Origin: Spirochaetaceae bacterium
GTDB taxonomy: Bacteria > Spirochaetota > Spirochaetia > DSM-27196 > SLAA01
Assembly: GCA_003552985.1 (NCBI GenBank)
Contig: PUPD01000252.1
Location: 6,350 to 70,349 of the forward strand
DNA length: 64,000 nucleotides
Direction of reading: 5' to 3'
Notes under the pieces: model-generated
What the model was told of the DNA's origin: nothing
The model's input: only the letters and a program-made list of their open reading frames with translations
Database searches by the model: none
Position numbers and translations under genes: made by a program
Part shown: in pieces, positions 35,851 to 45,484 of the stretch
How positions within the stretch are numbered: the stretch's first letter is position 1
Layout: every line of letters starts with the position of its first letter

Positions 35851-37356
35851 CTATTTTATCTCAAGCTCTTTGATGAGTCGCGATAGGTACGTGCGCTGGA
35901 TACCAAGGGCTTTCGCCGTTTCGGTCTGATGCCAGCCGTGGCGCTCGAGCGCATTCCGAATGAAGTGCTTCTTGAACAGCGTGACCGACTCCTTGAGCGA
36001 CTTGTCCTCGTATTCCCCGCCCCGGCGCGCTCCTCTGCGGTCAAGAGCAAGCTCGTCAGGGCTGATGTAGCTCTTGTCGCAAATAACTACTGCCCGCTCG
36101 ACTACGTTCTCAAGCTCACGTACGTTGCCGGGCCACGAATACGAAAGCAGGGTTTCCATTGCCTCATCGGTGAAGCCCTGAACCTGCTTCTTGGTCTCCT
36201 GTTTGAACCGTTTCAGGAAGAACTCCGCTAAGGCGGGAATGTCCTCACGTCGGCGGCGTAGCGGTGGCACCTCAATGGGGAGCACGTTCAACCGATAGTA
36301 CAGATCACTGCGAAACTCACCCTGCTCCACCGCTTTAGCGATGTCCTTGTTGGTAGCGGCGAGTATACGAACGTTTACGCGTACCGGAGTGCTGGAGCCC
36401 ACCTTTTCGAAACTGCGTTCCTGGATTACCCGCAGCATCTTGGCTTGCAGCGCCGGCGGGAGATCTCCGATCTCGTCGAGGAAGATGGTCCCTCCATCAG
36501 CGAGCTCAAATCGGCCGGTACGGTTGCGGTCGGCATCGGTGAAAGCGCCTTTGACGTGACCGAACAGTTCGCTTTCCAGCAGTGGCTCCGGTAAGGCGGC
36601 GCAGTTCACGCGCACTAGCGGACCGTTTCGACGCGCGCTTCGCTGGTGGATCTGCTCGGCGATGAGCTCTTTGCCGACACCGCTCTCTCCGTGTATCAGA
36701 ACCGATGAATCGGTCTCGGCAATCCGGGCGACCAGTTCGAGCCTTTCCTGCATCAGCCGGCTCGCGGCGATCATGGTGTGGTAGCCCCTGACCCCGTTCA
36801 TCTGATCCTGTAGCACATCGATCTGATCCCGTACGGCCTGAAAGGACTTCGCGTTCTGGATTGCGAGCGCGGCCTGCGTGGCGAAGATCTCCAGCCAGTG
36901 GCGGTCCTCCTCCGTGAAGGCTCCACCGTCTTGTTTGTTGATCATCTCCAACACGCCGACGCACCGCTCTTGCATGCGCATCGGCACGGCTAGAATTGAG
37001 CGTGTTTCGAACTCTATGCTGGCGCTAATCTGGGAATGAAAGCGTTCGTCTCGGCTAACGTCGTTTACGATCAACGAGCGATTGCGCTCGGCAACCCAGC
37101 CGGCAATCCCCTGCCCGCGCTCCAGGCTGAACTGCTTAACCTCGGCCCCTTTAGGACCGAGCGCGATCTCGAAATGGAGACTCCGCGTTTCCGGTTGAAC
37201 CAGCAGCAGCGAGGACGCTTCCGCACCGGTCAGGCGCGTGGCGGACTCAAGTATGCGCAAAAGAAGTGCCCGAGGGTCTGCATAGTACGAGTTGATTAGC
37301 GTGTTGATCTCGATGAAGGTTTGAAACTTCTGCGGATCAATGTTTGTCTCAACCAT
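35851..37356 (-). CDS. Sigma-54-dependent transcriptional activator (GAF sensor + AAA+ + Fis-type HTH)
   Basis: Walker A is GESGVGKELIAEQIH. ESELFGHVKGAFTDA is a GAFTGA-loop variant. The arginine-finger region is YYRLNV, and the C-terminal HTH is TETAKALGIQRTYLSRLIKEL. The N-terminal ~165 aa are GAF-like, and there is no receiver domain. Confidence 0.9.
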   Translation of the reverse strand: MVETNIDPQKFQTFIEINTLINSYYADPRALLLRILESATRLTGAEASSLLLVQPETRSLHFEIALGPKGAEVKQFSLERGQGIAGWVAERNRSLIVNDVSRDERFHSQISASIEFETRSILAVPMRMQERCVGVLEMINKQDGGAFTEEDRHWLEIFATQAALAIQNAKSFQAVRDQIDVLQDQMNGVRGYHTMIAASRLMQERLELVARIAETDSSVLIHGESGVGKELIAEQIHQRSARRNGPLVRVNCAALPEPLLESELFGHVKGAFTDADRNRTGRFELADGGTIFLDEIGDLPPALQAKMLRVIQERSFEKVGSSTPVRVNVRILAATNKDIAKAVEQGEFRSDLYYRLNVLPIEVPPLRRRREDIPALAEFFLKRFKQETKKQVQGFTDEAMETLLSYSWPGNVRELENVVERAVVICDKSYISPDELALDRRGARRGGEYEDKSLKESVTLFKKHFIRNALERHGWHQTETAKALGIQRTYLSRLIKELEIK

Positions 37357-37380
37357 CTCGCTGCTGACCCACGCACGGCG

Positions 37381-39105
37381 TTATACCTCGCCTTTGTCCT
37401 TCAAGAAGTCACCGAGCGTAAAGGTATCTTCCTCACCTGAGTCATGGATGTACTTCTGCATCTCTTCGCGCTGTTCTTTGCGCTCGATCTCGCGCACCGA
37501 AAGCGAGAGTCGTTGTTTAGCTGGATTGATCTCGGTCACCACCACGTTGAGCTTGTCACCGACCGAGATGCCCTTCACGGCCTGCTCGTAGGGTTCCACG
37601 CGCGGATCGGTGAGGTTGTTCTTATGAAGCAACCCCTCGATGCCGCCGTGAACGCGAAGGAACAGACCGAAGTCGGTGATATTGGTGACCTCGCCTTCGA
37701 TGATCTCGCGGCGCTGCGAAACGTGCTTCAGCGTCACCCACGGATCCTCCGAGAGCTGCTTAACGCCCACGCGAATGTTGTGGTTATCCGGATCAACCCA
37801 GAGCACGACTACTTCAACGTCATCCCCTTCGCTGAGGACATCGGAGACGTTGCGGGGTCGGTTGGCCCAGGAAAGATCGTCGATGTGGAGAAAGGCATCA
37901 ATACCTTCTTCAAGCTCTACGAACGCTCCTGAGTTCGTGATCTTTTTCACCGGACGAACGAGCTGCGTACCCGGCGGGTATTGCTCTGCTATCGCCTCCC
38001 ACGGATTCGGCAGCACCTGCTTCAACCCAAGCGAGACACGTCCCTGAGTGATGTCGTAGTCCAGGATCTTGGCCTCTACCTCGTCTCCCGGCTTCAGAAC
38101 CTCTTTGGGATGGTTAATGCGCTTCACCCACGAAAGCTCAGAGATGTGGGCAAGGCCCTCGATACCTTCCTCAAGCTCGATAAAAGCCCCAAAGTCTGCG
38201 AGCTTGGTAACGCGACCGGCGACTACGTCATCAATATGGTACTTGCCCTCGAAGCTTTCCCAGGGATCAGGAGTCATGTGGCGCAACGAGAGATTAACTT
38301 TCTGCTCTTCCGGTTCCATCCGGATGACCTTGAGCGTGAGCTCTTGGCCCTTCTTGACTATGTCCTTGGGCCTGGTGACGTGACCCCAACTCATGTCGTT
38401 GATGTGGAGCAACCCGTCAAAGCCGCCAAGATCGATAAAGGCTCCAAACGAGGTGAAGGTCTTGACTACGCCGGTTACTTCATCGCCGATATCGACGTTG
38501 TTGAAGAACTCTTCGCGCTTACGCTTGACCTCTTCCTCAAGCCAGGCACGGCGCGAAAGGATGATGTTGACCCGATTCTCGCTGTACAGGCGCTCAACGT
38601 AAAACTTGGACTCGAGCCCCACGTACTCCTCCGGGTTCTCGATCCGGTGCGTGTCCATCTTGGAAATGGGGTTGAATCCCCGTACTCCCGGATGAATCTG
38701 AACTTCGAATCCACCTTTTACGCTGCGGGTAACCTTGCCGTCTACCGGGATATGGTCCTGGAACGCCTGTTTGAGATGACGCCAGAATACGCGCTCATCA
38801 GCCTTCCGCTTTGATACCGGCACGCCGCCCGAGCGTGCGTCTCGACTCTGAAGCACCACATCGACTTCATCTCCGACCTTCGGAGGTTCCTCAAACTCAT
38901 CTAACGGGACTTTGCCGTCGGATTTGTAGCCGATGTTGACGAACACGTTTTCTGAGCCGACCAAAACGACCGTCCCGCTGATCAGCTCGCCAACTTCAGG
39001 CTGCCCGACCTCCATCTCGTCGATGGTCTTCAGAAACTCCTCTCGAGTCTCCTCAGGGACAGTCTCGCCGAGCGGCTCTGTGTTCTGCGCTTCCTTCTCT
39101 ACCAT
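37381..39105 (-). CDS. rpsA: 30S ribosomal protein S1 (six S1 domains)
   Basis: The S1-domain pattern repeats (G.V..v..fGaFv.l..gi.GLlHiSe.s). Confidence 0.93.
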   Translation of the reverse strand: MVEKEAQNTEPLGETVPEETREEFLKTIDEMEVGQPEVGELISGTVVLVGSENVFVNIGYKSDGKVPLDEFEEPPKVGDEVDVVLQSRDARSGGVPVSKRKADERVFWRHLKQAFQDHIPVDGKVTRSVKGGFEVQIHPGVRGFNPISKMDTHRIENPEEYVGLESKFYVERLYSENRVNIILSRRAWLEEEVKRKREEFFNNVDIGDEVTGVVKTFTSFGAFIDLGGFDGLLHINDMSWGHVTRPKDIVKKGQELTLKVIRMEPEEQKVNLSLRHMTPDPWESFEGKYHIDDVVAGRVTKLADFGAFIELEEGIEGLAHISELSWVKRINHPKEVLKPGDEVEAKILDYDITQGRVSLGLKQVLPNPWEAIAEQYPPGTQLVRPVKKITNSGAFVELEEGIDAFLHIDDLSWANRPRNVSDVLSEGDDVEVVVLWVDPDNHNIRVGVKQLSEDPWVTLKHVSQRREIIEGEVTNITDFGLFLRVHGGIEGLLHKNNLTDPRVEPYEQAVKGISVGDKLNVVVTEINPAKQRLSLSVREIERKEQREEMQKYIHDSGEEDTFTLGDFLKDKGEV

Positions 39106-39126
39106 GATACCTACTAGTTCTCCTGA

Positions 39127-39777
39127 TTAACGTTTCATTCGAATTGTGTTCATCACTCTGTCATAAACTGTATCGATGGTCAAGTCCGAGGTATCCAAAT
39201 AGACCGCGTCCTCGCTGAGGAGCAGGCTGCCCTCTCGCTTGTCGCGGTCCCGGCGGTCACGCTCAGCGATCGCCGCTCTGAGTTCCTCGAGGCTCAGCTC
39301 GCTGGTGCTCTCGGCGTATCGGCGCTGCGCGCGAGCCTCGATGTCGGCGTCCAAATAGATTTTTACATCGGCATCGGGGAACACCACCGTAGTGATGTCA
39401 CGTCCTTCGACCACGCTGTCCTGGTTGCGCGCGGACTGACGGAGCGCTTGATTAACCACCGCCCGCACTTCCGGCAGGGAAGACAGCTGCGCGACATGCG
39501 CATCGACCTCGTCGGTGCGAAGGCCGTGCTCCGAAACCGGCGCGTGGTCGAGATAGAGCACACCGTCCCGCCAGGAAATCGTGCTTTCCCGGGCAATCTG
39601 CAAGACCTGGTCGCGATGATCCGGGTTGGCAGGATCGCAGCCTGTATCGAGCACTTTACGCGTCAGGGCACGGTAGAATAGTCCCGAGTTGATGTAGGTG
39701 AAGCCGGTATTCTCGCCCACCATCCGCGCAATGGCGCTCTTGCCGCTTCCGGCCGGGCCGTCGATCGCAATGATCAT
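39127..39777 (-). CDS. cmk: Cytidylate kinase
   Basis: MIIAIDGPAGSGKSAIARMV is the P-loop. SGLFYRA and VVEGRDITTVVFPDA are also present. The cmk-rpsA adjacency is classic. Confidence 0.92.
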   Translation of the reverse strand: MIIAIDGPAGSGKSAIARMVGENTGFTYINSGLFYRALTRKVLDTGCDPANPDHRDQVLQIARESTISWRDGVLYLDHAPVSEHGLRTDEVDAHVAQLSSLPEVRAVVNQALRQSARNQDSVVEGRDITTVVFPDADVKIYLDADIEARAQRRYAESTSELSLEELRAAIAERDRRDRDKREGSLLLSEDAVYLDTSDLTIDTVYDRVMNTIRMKR

Positions 39778-40526
39778 TCGCGCTCCTGTTGGTCCGCCAG
39801 CGCGAGCAGTCTGTTGATTTCGCGTCGATTGAGCGGTCGAAACATTCCGGGCGGCAGGTTGCTGAGCCAGAGATTGCCGATCCGCACGCGATGGACGCGA
39901 CGCAACGCAATCTTGAAATGAGAGAATACGCGCCTGATCTCGCGGTTCTTGCCTTCTTCGAGGACAAGCTGCGCCCGCCTGGCGTTCTTAATCCGGTATG
40001 ACTTCAGCCTGTAGGTTTCGCCTTCGATCTGCAGACCCTTTTGGTAGCGCTCCAACAGCTCTTCGGGAATGGGCTTTCGGGTCTCAACCAGATACTCCTT
40101 TTCAACTCGACTCGAGGGGTGTGATATCTTGCGAGCGAACTCACCGTCGTTTGTAAGCAGGATCAAACCGGTAGACAGATAATCAAGGCGCCCCACGGTG
40201 AACACGCGTTCGTTTACAGTGTCGCGCAACAGGTCAATCACCAGCGGTCGTCCCTGCGGATCGTGGTTACTGCATAGGTACTGCGGCGGCTTGTTCATCG
40301 CCAGATAGATCAGGTTGGCGCTGATCTGCAGACGTTTGCCGTCGAGCGTCACCACATCTTCGAGGGTGACCGTGACACCTTGGCGAGTAACCGGAACGCC
40401 GTTGACTCTTACCCGACCTTCCTCAATGATCTGTTCGCAACGTCTGCGCGAGGCCACCCCCGCTTTTGCCATGAAGCGCTGCAAGCGCATCGGCCACGCT
40501 TCGGTGTTATAGTTGGTCCGACTCAA
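39774..40526 (-). CDS. rluB: Pseudouridine synthase, RsuA/RluB family, with S4 domain
   Basis: MRLQRFMAKAGVASRRRCEQIIEEGRVRVNG is the S4 domain, and GRLDYLSTGLILLTNDG holds the catalytic Asp motif. It follows scpB, as in Bacillus. Confidence 0.8.
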   Translation of the reverse strand: MSRTNYNTEAWPMRLQRFMAKAGVASRRRCEQIIEEGRVRVNGVPVTRQGVTVTLEDVVTLDGKRLQISANLIYLAMNKPPQYLCSNHDPQGRPLVIDLLRDTVNERVFTVGRLDYLSTGLILLTNDGEFARKISHPSSRVEKEYLVETRKPIPEELLERYQKGLQIEGETYRLKSYRIKNARRAQLVLEEGKNREIRRVFSHFKIALRRVHRVRIGNLWLSNLPPGMFRPLNRREINRLLALADQQERE

Positions 40527-41049
40527 AGCGTTCCTGATCCTCCTCGTTCAGTCTCGGCAGATCTGCGATGCTCGAGAGTCGAAACAGTTTGAGAAACTCG
40601 CTCGTGGTGCCGTACTGTACCGGCCGACCCGGCGCGTCTTTGCGGCCAACCTCCTGGATTAGGTTGCGCTGTTGCAGCAGCCGTATCATTCCGTCGGGAG
40701 AAACCCCCCGTAGCCCTTCGATCTCGGCCCGGGTGATGGGTTGCGAGTAAGCGATGATCGAAAGGGTTTCAATCGCGGCTCGAGACAGCTTGTTTTCGTT
40801 ACGTTTGCCGTAGCGGTCGCGAAGGTTCTCCCAGAGCTCAAGCTTCGGTTGGAGCACGTACCCGTCGGCAAGCTGTACGACCTCAATCCCGTGAGCCGGC
40901 GAGCTGTAGCGCTCGTTCAACTGCTCGAGGCAGCGTTCCACTATGCTGCGATCGAGTCTGCTGATTTTGGAAAGCTGCTCGAAACCGACCGGTTCGCTCT
41001 CGAGCAGCAGGATCGCCTCCACAATCGCGGTCTCCTTACTCAGGTCCAT
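40507..41049 (-). CDS. scpB: Segregation and condensation protein B
   Basis: EAILLLESEPV..., LSRAAIETLSIIAYSQPITRAEIEGLRGV and GRPVQYGTT are typical ScpB wHTH repeats. Confidence 0.88.
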   Translation of the reverse strand: MDLSKETAIVEAILLLESEPVGFEQLSKISRLDRSIVERCLEQLNERYSSPAHGIEVVQLADGYVLQPKLELWENLRDRYGKRNENKLSRAAIETLSIIAYSQPITRAEIEGLRGVSPDGMIRLLQQRNLIQEVGRKDAPGRPVQYGTTSEFLKLFRLSSIADLPRLNEEDQERFESDQL

Positions 41050-41809
41050 GACCTACTTCCTGTTCGCCGGGGCCTCTGCGTACGATGATGTCGCCGAATA
41101 GACGATTCTGAAAGATCCGCACGCGTTTGCCCTTCACCGTTTCAAGAATAGCAAGCAGCGCGCACACGATCTCCATACGCGAATTGGAGCGCACGATCAG
41201 CTCGGTGAATGGAAACTGGTCGGTACGCTCGAGCAGTTCGTAGATTAGCGTGATCTTCTCATTGATCGACACCTCCTCATAGAGGTCAATGATGCGGTCA
41301 TCGGAAACGGTTTCGAGAATGGCGGAAAACGCCTTGAAGAGATCCCACACATCCATCTGCTCCCAGACGTCGTCTTCATCGGGGAACGGTAGTGCGATCT
41401 CCTTCTTCTTGCGGTCCAACACCCACTCGCTGTGCTTCTCGCGCTCGATCATGATATCGGTCAGCTTCTTGTACTTCTGATACTCGATCAGTCGCTCTAC
41501 TAACTCAGCGCGTGGATCCTCGAGCTCATCGCCTAGCTCAGCGTCATTCGGCAGGAGCATGCGCGACTTGATATGTAACAACGTGGCGGCCATCACGTAG
41601 AACTCGGTAAGGTTCTCGAGGTCGACCCGCTCAGCGAACTTCAGGTACGCAAGGTATTGCTCGGTGATCTCATGGATCGGTATGTCGTAGATGTTGATTT
41701 CGCTGCGGCGAATAAGGAACAGCAGGAGATCAAGGGGCCCCTCGAAGTCTTGTAACTTGAATACCGTCTGCGACTCGGACTCGTTCTTCGCTGATTCTTG
41801 TTGTTGCAT
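41036..41809 (-). CDS. scpA: Segregation and condensation protein A (kleisin)
   Basis: Contains FEGPLDLLLFLIRRSEINIYDIPIHEITEQYLAYL. The start is taken at MQQQES (41809), because the 41938 start would overlap folK by 95 nt. Confidence 0.88.
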   Translation of the reverse strand: MQQQESAKNESESQTVFKLQDFEGPLDLLLFLIRRSEINIYDIPIHEITEQYLAYLKFAERVDLENLTEFYVMAATLLHIKSRMLLPNDAELGDELEDPRAELVERLIEYQKYKKLTDIMIEREKHSEWVLDRKKKEIALPFPDEDDVWEQMDVWDLFKAFSAILETVSDDRIIDLYEEVSINEKITLIYELLERTDQFPFTELIVRSNSRMEIVCALLAILETVKGKRVRIFQNRLFGDIIVRRGPGEQEVGHGPE

Positions 41810-41843
41810 AGATGCTGGTTCCGGATTTGGGGTGATTATACCC

Positions 41844-42338
41844 TCAGCCGTTGATCGGGTAAATCCCCTTCTCTCCGGTTTCAGACAGGTAGCGCGCATA
41901 CACTCTTCCGCACTGCGGATCGGTGAGCTCCGGATCAAGATCGATCAAGGGCTGCAGCACGAACAGGCGTTCCGTTATCCCCGGATGCGGGAGCACGAGG
42001 CGCGGATGACATACGAGCCAGTCGCGGTACAGCAACAGATCGAGGTCGATACTGCGCGGCCCTTTGGGCCGCTCTTGGTCACGCTGCCGTCCCAGACGGC
42101 GCTCAATCGCCAATAGCTCATCGAGAAGCTCAAACGGTCCAAGGCGGGTGCGGCCCGCAGCGACAGCGTTCAGGAAACGAGGCTGCTCGCGATCATACTG
42201 CGGCTCGCTTTCGTAGATCGGCGAGAGCTCCGGCGCACCGAAGAACAGCTCCTGCAGCTCACGCCACGCAGCGAGCACGGTCGCCCGGCGATTGCCGAGA
42301 TTGCTTCCTAATCCAACGAAAACGCGCGTCGGGCGCAT
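41844..42338 (-). CDS. folK: 2-amino-4-hydroxy-6-hydroxymethyldihydropteridine pyrophosphokinase
   Basis: Contains VFVGLGSNLGNR, GPRSIDLDLLLY and LVLPHPGITERLFVLQPL. Confidence 0.9.
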   Translation of the reverse strand: MRPTRVFVGLGSNLGNRRATVLAAWRELQELFFGAPELSPIYESEPQYDREQPRFLNAVAAGRTRLGPFELLDELLAIERRLGRQRDQERPKGPRSIDLDLLLYRDWLVCHPRLVLPHPGITERLFVLQPLIDLDPELTDPQCGRVYARYLSETGEKGIYPING

Positions 42339-42371
42339 GCACCAACTCGTGCGCTCTTTCTGCGCCGGAAC

Positions 42372-43661
42372 CTAAAACAGCTCATCTTCGGCCGGCTCGG
42401 CGACCGATTCACTCACCGGCGCGGCATCCTTCTGCGGAGCTCCGGCACGAGTGGTTGGAGCGGAGCTTCCGCCGGCACCGGCGTCTGCCGGCGCAGCCTG
42501 CGCTCCTGTGGTGGGGCCGGCGCCACCGCCCGCTTTCGCGGTCTTGCCCGTCGGCGATCCGGAACCGGACGCTGCGTCGTTCGCGGCCGCAGTAGCGGAG
42601 GCATTGCCGGAGCGTTCTTCGGGCTCGCTTTCCGGTGACGGAAACATCATTTGCCGCAGCTCGGTTTCCACCTTTCCTGCTATTTCAGGGTTGCTTTCCA
42701 GGAACTGCTTGACGTTATCGCGGCCCTGACCGATACGCTCGTCGCCGTAAGAATACCAGCTTCCACTTTTCTGAAAGATCCCGTACTTCACTGCGGCATC
42801 CAGCAGGCTTCCGGAGGCCGATAGACCCGTGCCGAACATCAGCTCAAGCTCCACCTTGCGAAACGGCGGAGCGATCTTGTTTTTCGCAACTTTCACGCGT
42901 ACCCGGTTTCCGATCGCTTCGTCTGCTCCCTTGGAGATCGTCTCTATGCGGCGCACCTCACACCGTACCGATGAGTAGAACTTCAACGCGTTTCCGCCGG
43001 TGGTCGTCTCGGGGTTGCCGAACATGACGCCGATCTTCATCCTGATCTGGTTTATGAAGATCATGCAGGTTCCGGACTTGTGCAGCGTGCCGGTCAGTTT
43101 GCGCAGCGCCTGGCTCATGAGGCGTGCCTGCAGGCCGACGTGGGAGTCACCCATCTCGCCCTCGATCTCGGCTTGGGGGGTAAGCGCCGCTACGGAGTCG
43201 ATCACGATGACGTCTACCGCTCCGGAGCGCACCAGCGACTCGGCAATCTCCAGCGCCTGTTCGCCCGTGTCCGGCTGCGAGACCCAGAGCTCATCGATAT
43301 TTACCCCGAGCTGACCGGCGTAGACCGGGTCGAGTGCGTGCTCGGCATCGATGAATGCCGCGATGCCACCCTGTTTCTGCGCCTCGGCAATGGCATGCAG
43401 TGCGAGCGTCGTCTTGCCGGAAGACTCCGGGCCGTATATCTCGACGATACGTCCCTTGGGGTAACCTCCGAGGCCGAGCGCTTCATCAAGAAGGATAGAC
43501 CCGCTCGGAATCACCGAGATGTTCTGAATCTGCCGCCCCTCGTTCATCTTCATCAACGAGCCCTTGCCGTACTGCTTCTCGATGTTCAGTCGCGCCGCCT
43601 CCAAGGCACGAATCCGTTCTTCCTGGCTTCCTGGGGCGCTGAATTGCTCTTTCTTTGCCAT
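42372..43661 (-). CDS. recA: Recombinase RecA with a long low-complexity C-terminal tail
   Basis: Contains MAKKEQF...[21 protein letters not shown] and the P-loop [12 protein letters not shown]. Also present are [20 protein letters not shown] and [29 protein letters not shown]. The ATG at 43661 is the start. The 580-aa ORF in the track is an upstream read-through artefact. Confidence 0.96.
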   Translation of the reverse strand: MAKKEQFSAPGSQEERIRALEAARLNIEKQYGKGSLMKMNEGRQIQNISVIPSGSILLDEALGLGGYPKGRIVEIYGPESSGKTTLALHAIAEAQKQGGIAAFIDAEHALDPVYAGQLGVNIDELWVSQPDTGEQALEIAESLVRSGAVDVIVIDSVAALTPQAEIEGEMGDSHVGLQARLMSQALRKLTGTLHKSGTCMIFINQIRMKIGVMFGNPETTTGGNALKFYSSVRCEVRRIETISKGADEAIGNRVRVKVAKNKIAPPFRKVELELMFGTGLSASGSLLDAAVKYGIFQKSGSWYSYGDERIGQGRDNVKQFLESNPEIAGKVETELRQMMFPSPESEPEERSGNASATAAANDAASGSGSPTGKTAKAGGGAGPTTGAQAAPADAGAGGSSAPTTRAGAPQKDAAPVSESVAEPAEDELF

Positions 43662-43789
43662 CATGTTCCTCGCTGACCGGTGGATTGTGGTAGCAACGAC
43701 AACTGCGCGAATCACCTGCGGTATGCACAGCTGTTGTGTTCCCCTACAAGATGTAACCGGCGCTATCTGCACACTGCTTGCCTTTGGGC

Positions 43790-43819
43790 ATACTATCGGG
43801 CGCATATCTTGCAGGTCAA
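43790..43819 (-). promoter_or_regulatory. Candidate recA promoter (TTGACC-18 nt-TAGTAT)
   Basis: The minus strand carries TTGACC (43819-43814) and TAGTAT (43795-43790), about 130 nt upstream of the recA ATG. Its -35 abuts the -35 of the divergent prs promoter candidate. Confidence 0.4.
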
Positions 43820-43832
43820 TAGAACTTTCGCT

Positions 43833-44948
43833 ATGCTGCAGAATATGCGAGGCCAACTGCTGCTCCTGTCCACCCGCTCGATGCGGGACTATGCGGCTCG
43901 CGTCGCCCATCAGCTTGAGACGTTTCCAGATTTCCATGCGCGGCATCGACGCGAGAACTACGTCGGGGAGCTTCGTCCGGTGCAGTTTGCCGACGGCGAG
44001 GTTGAGGTCGAGCTGCAGAGCTCGGTTCGCGGACGCGACGTGTTTCTGTTCGCCCAGGCCGGGCGGAACAGTCAGGGGCTGAGCGTCGAGCAGAATAAGC
44101 TGGAGTTGTATCACTCAATTGACTCTATCCGCCGCGCTCAGCCGCAGCGGATCACTCTGTTTGAGACCTATTGCAGCGCCTCTCGCTCTGACCGCACTAC
44201 GCGCCGGAACTCAGTCGGCTTCTGGATCCATTACAAGACCCTTACGAGTTTGGGGGTGGATCACATAATCACCTATCAGCTGCACTCGGATAAATCCAAG
44301 ACTGTAGTTGATCCGCGCGTCTGCGCGATGGACGATGTTCCAGCGATTCCCCTGCTGCAGGAATACATCGCCGATAACTTCATCGGCAGCACCGAAGTGC
44401 TCACCGACTACGTGCAGAATCAATGGCTGTTCTGTTCGGTAGATGCCGGCGGTGAGGGCATCGCCAAGAAGTTCGCCCGGGCGTTCGGCACTCATTTGGT
44501 AATAGCGCACAAGCAGCGCGACTACCACAAAGCGAACACGATTGAGTCCACTACGATTCTGACCGACTCGTCTCTGAAGGGCAAAGAGGTTTGGATAGTC
44601 GACGACATGATTGATACCGGCGGCTCGATCTACACCCTGACGCAGGAGCTGAAAAAACGCGAGGTCTCCAAGATTCACATCGCGGTGATACATCCTGTCT
44701 TGTCGGGGCCGGCAATCGATCGATTGTGTTGGCTGTACGACAACGGATTGCTCGACACCATACTCGTGACCGACACGCTTGACGTTTCAGAGGAGTTCAA
44801 GCGGCGGCTCCCGGCGTTGCACGTGGTCTCATCGGCACGGCTGAGCGCCGAGCTGATCATGCGCATCAACGAAGAGAAAACGCTCTCCCCGTTCTTCGAA
44901 GATTTCTACGCGCGTCCGCACCTTTCGTCCCCGCGCCTGTTCATGTAG
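43833..44948 (+). CDS. prs: Ribose-phosphate pyrophosphokinase (long form)
   Basis: [12 protein letters not shown] is the PRPP-binding loop, and [22 protein letters not shown] is the N-domain. The start is ATG 43833 or, if the promoter at 43809-43837 is real, ATG 43845 (MRGQLLLL). The 43680 start in the ORF track is an artefact. Confidence 0.88.
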   Translation: MLQNMRGQLLLLSTRSMRDYAARVAHQLETFPDFHARHRRENYVGELRPVQFADGEVEVELQSSVRGRDVFLFAQAGRNSQGLSVEQNKLELYHSIDSIRRAQPQRITLFETYCSASRSDRTTRRNSVGFWIHYKTLTSLGVDHIITYQLHSDKSKTVVDPRVCAMDDVPAIPLLQEYIADNFIGSTEVLTDYVQNQWLFCSVDAGGEGIAKKFARAFGTHLVIAHKQRDYHKANTIESTTILTDSSLKGKEVWIVDDMIDTGGSIYTLTQELKKREVSKIHIAVIHPVLSGPAIDRLCWLYDNGLLDTILVTDTLDVSEEFKRRLPALHVVSSARLSAELIMRINEEKTLSPFFEDFYARPHLSSPRLFM

Positions 44949-45001
44949 TGCGCCGCGGAGCGGCAAAAGGCGCGCCTGCGGTGTCGCCGCCCGCGCAGGC
45001 C

Positions 45002-45451
45002 TTAGAACTCCTTCTTGGAGTCCACCAGAATCGTGACCGGCCCGAGGTTCACGCTCTCCACCAGCATAGCCTGCTGAAAAGCCCCGGTCGCAACAGTCAC
45101 CCCTCGCGCGACGATGCGATCGACGAAACGCCGATACAGCGAGTCGGCGTGCTCCGGGCCTGCAGCCCGGTTGTACGACGGGCGGCGCCCTTTGCGAGTG
45201 TCTCCGTACAGCGTGAACTGTGATATCACCAACACGCTCCCGCCGGTTTCGAGCACCGACCGATTCATCTTGCGGTGCTCATCTTCGAACACTCTAAGGT
45301 TCAGAACCTTCTCCACCACATACTCGAGGTCGGCATCGTTATCGTCGCCGGCCACTCCCAGATAGACAAGGACTCCCTCACCGATTCTCCCGGTCTCAAC
45401 CTCGTCGACTGTCACCGCGGCCTGCCGTACCCGTTGCACAACTGCGCGCAT
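45002..45451 (-). CDS. dtd: D-aminoacyl-tRNA deacylase
   Basis: Contains MRAVVQRV..., ISQFTLYGDTRKGRRPS and NLGPVTILVDS. Confidence 0.93.
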   Translation of the reverse strand: MRAVVQRVRQAAVTVDEVETGRIGEGVLVYLGVAGDDNDADLEYVVEKVLNLRVFEDEHRKMNRSVLETGGSVLVISQFTLYGDTRKGRRPSYNRAAGPEHADSLYRRFVDRIVARGVTVATGAFQQAMLVESVNLGPVTILVDSKKEF

Positions 45452-45484
45452 CGAATCATCCTCCGTTGCAACCGTTGCTCCGCG

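Noticed and set aside
37981-38814. 277-aa ORF antisense to rpsA; likewise 45275-46186, 17960-18865, 28401-29126, 25835-26542, 50562-51299 and 11765-12163 opposite other strong genes
   Set aside because: All are embedded in and antisense to genes with clear family signatures. None has an independent SD or promoter or any recognisable motif.
43727-43734. ACAGCTGT palindrome upstream of recA as a possible SOS/LexA box
   Set aside because: It is too short and does not fit the CTGT-N8-ACAG or GAAC-N4-GTTC LexA consensus. No lexA was seen, and many spirochaetes lack a classical SOS regulon.
43662-44114. N-terminal 151-aa extension of the recA ORF (580 aa in the track)
   Set aside because: The conserved RecA N-terminus (MAKKEQF...[17 protein letters not shown]) starts at 43661. 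The extension would cover the divergent prs promoter and coding start, and it has no coding character.
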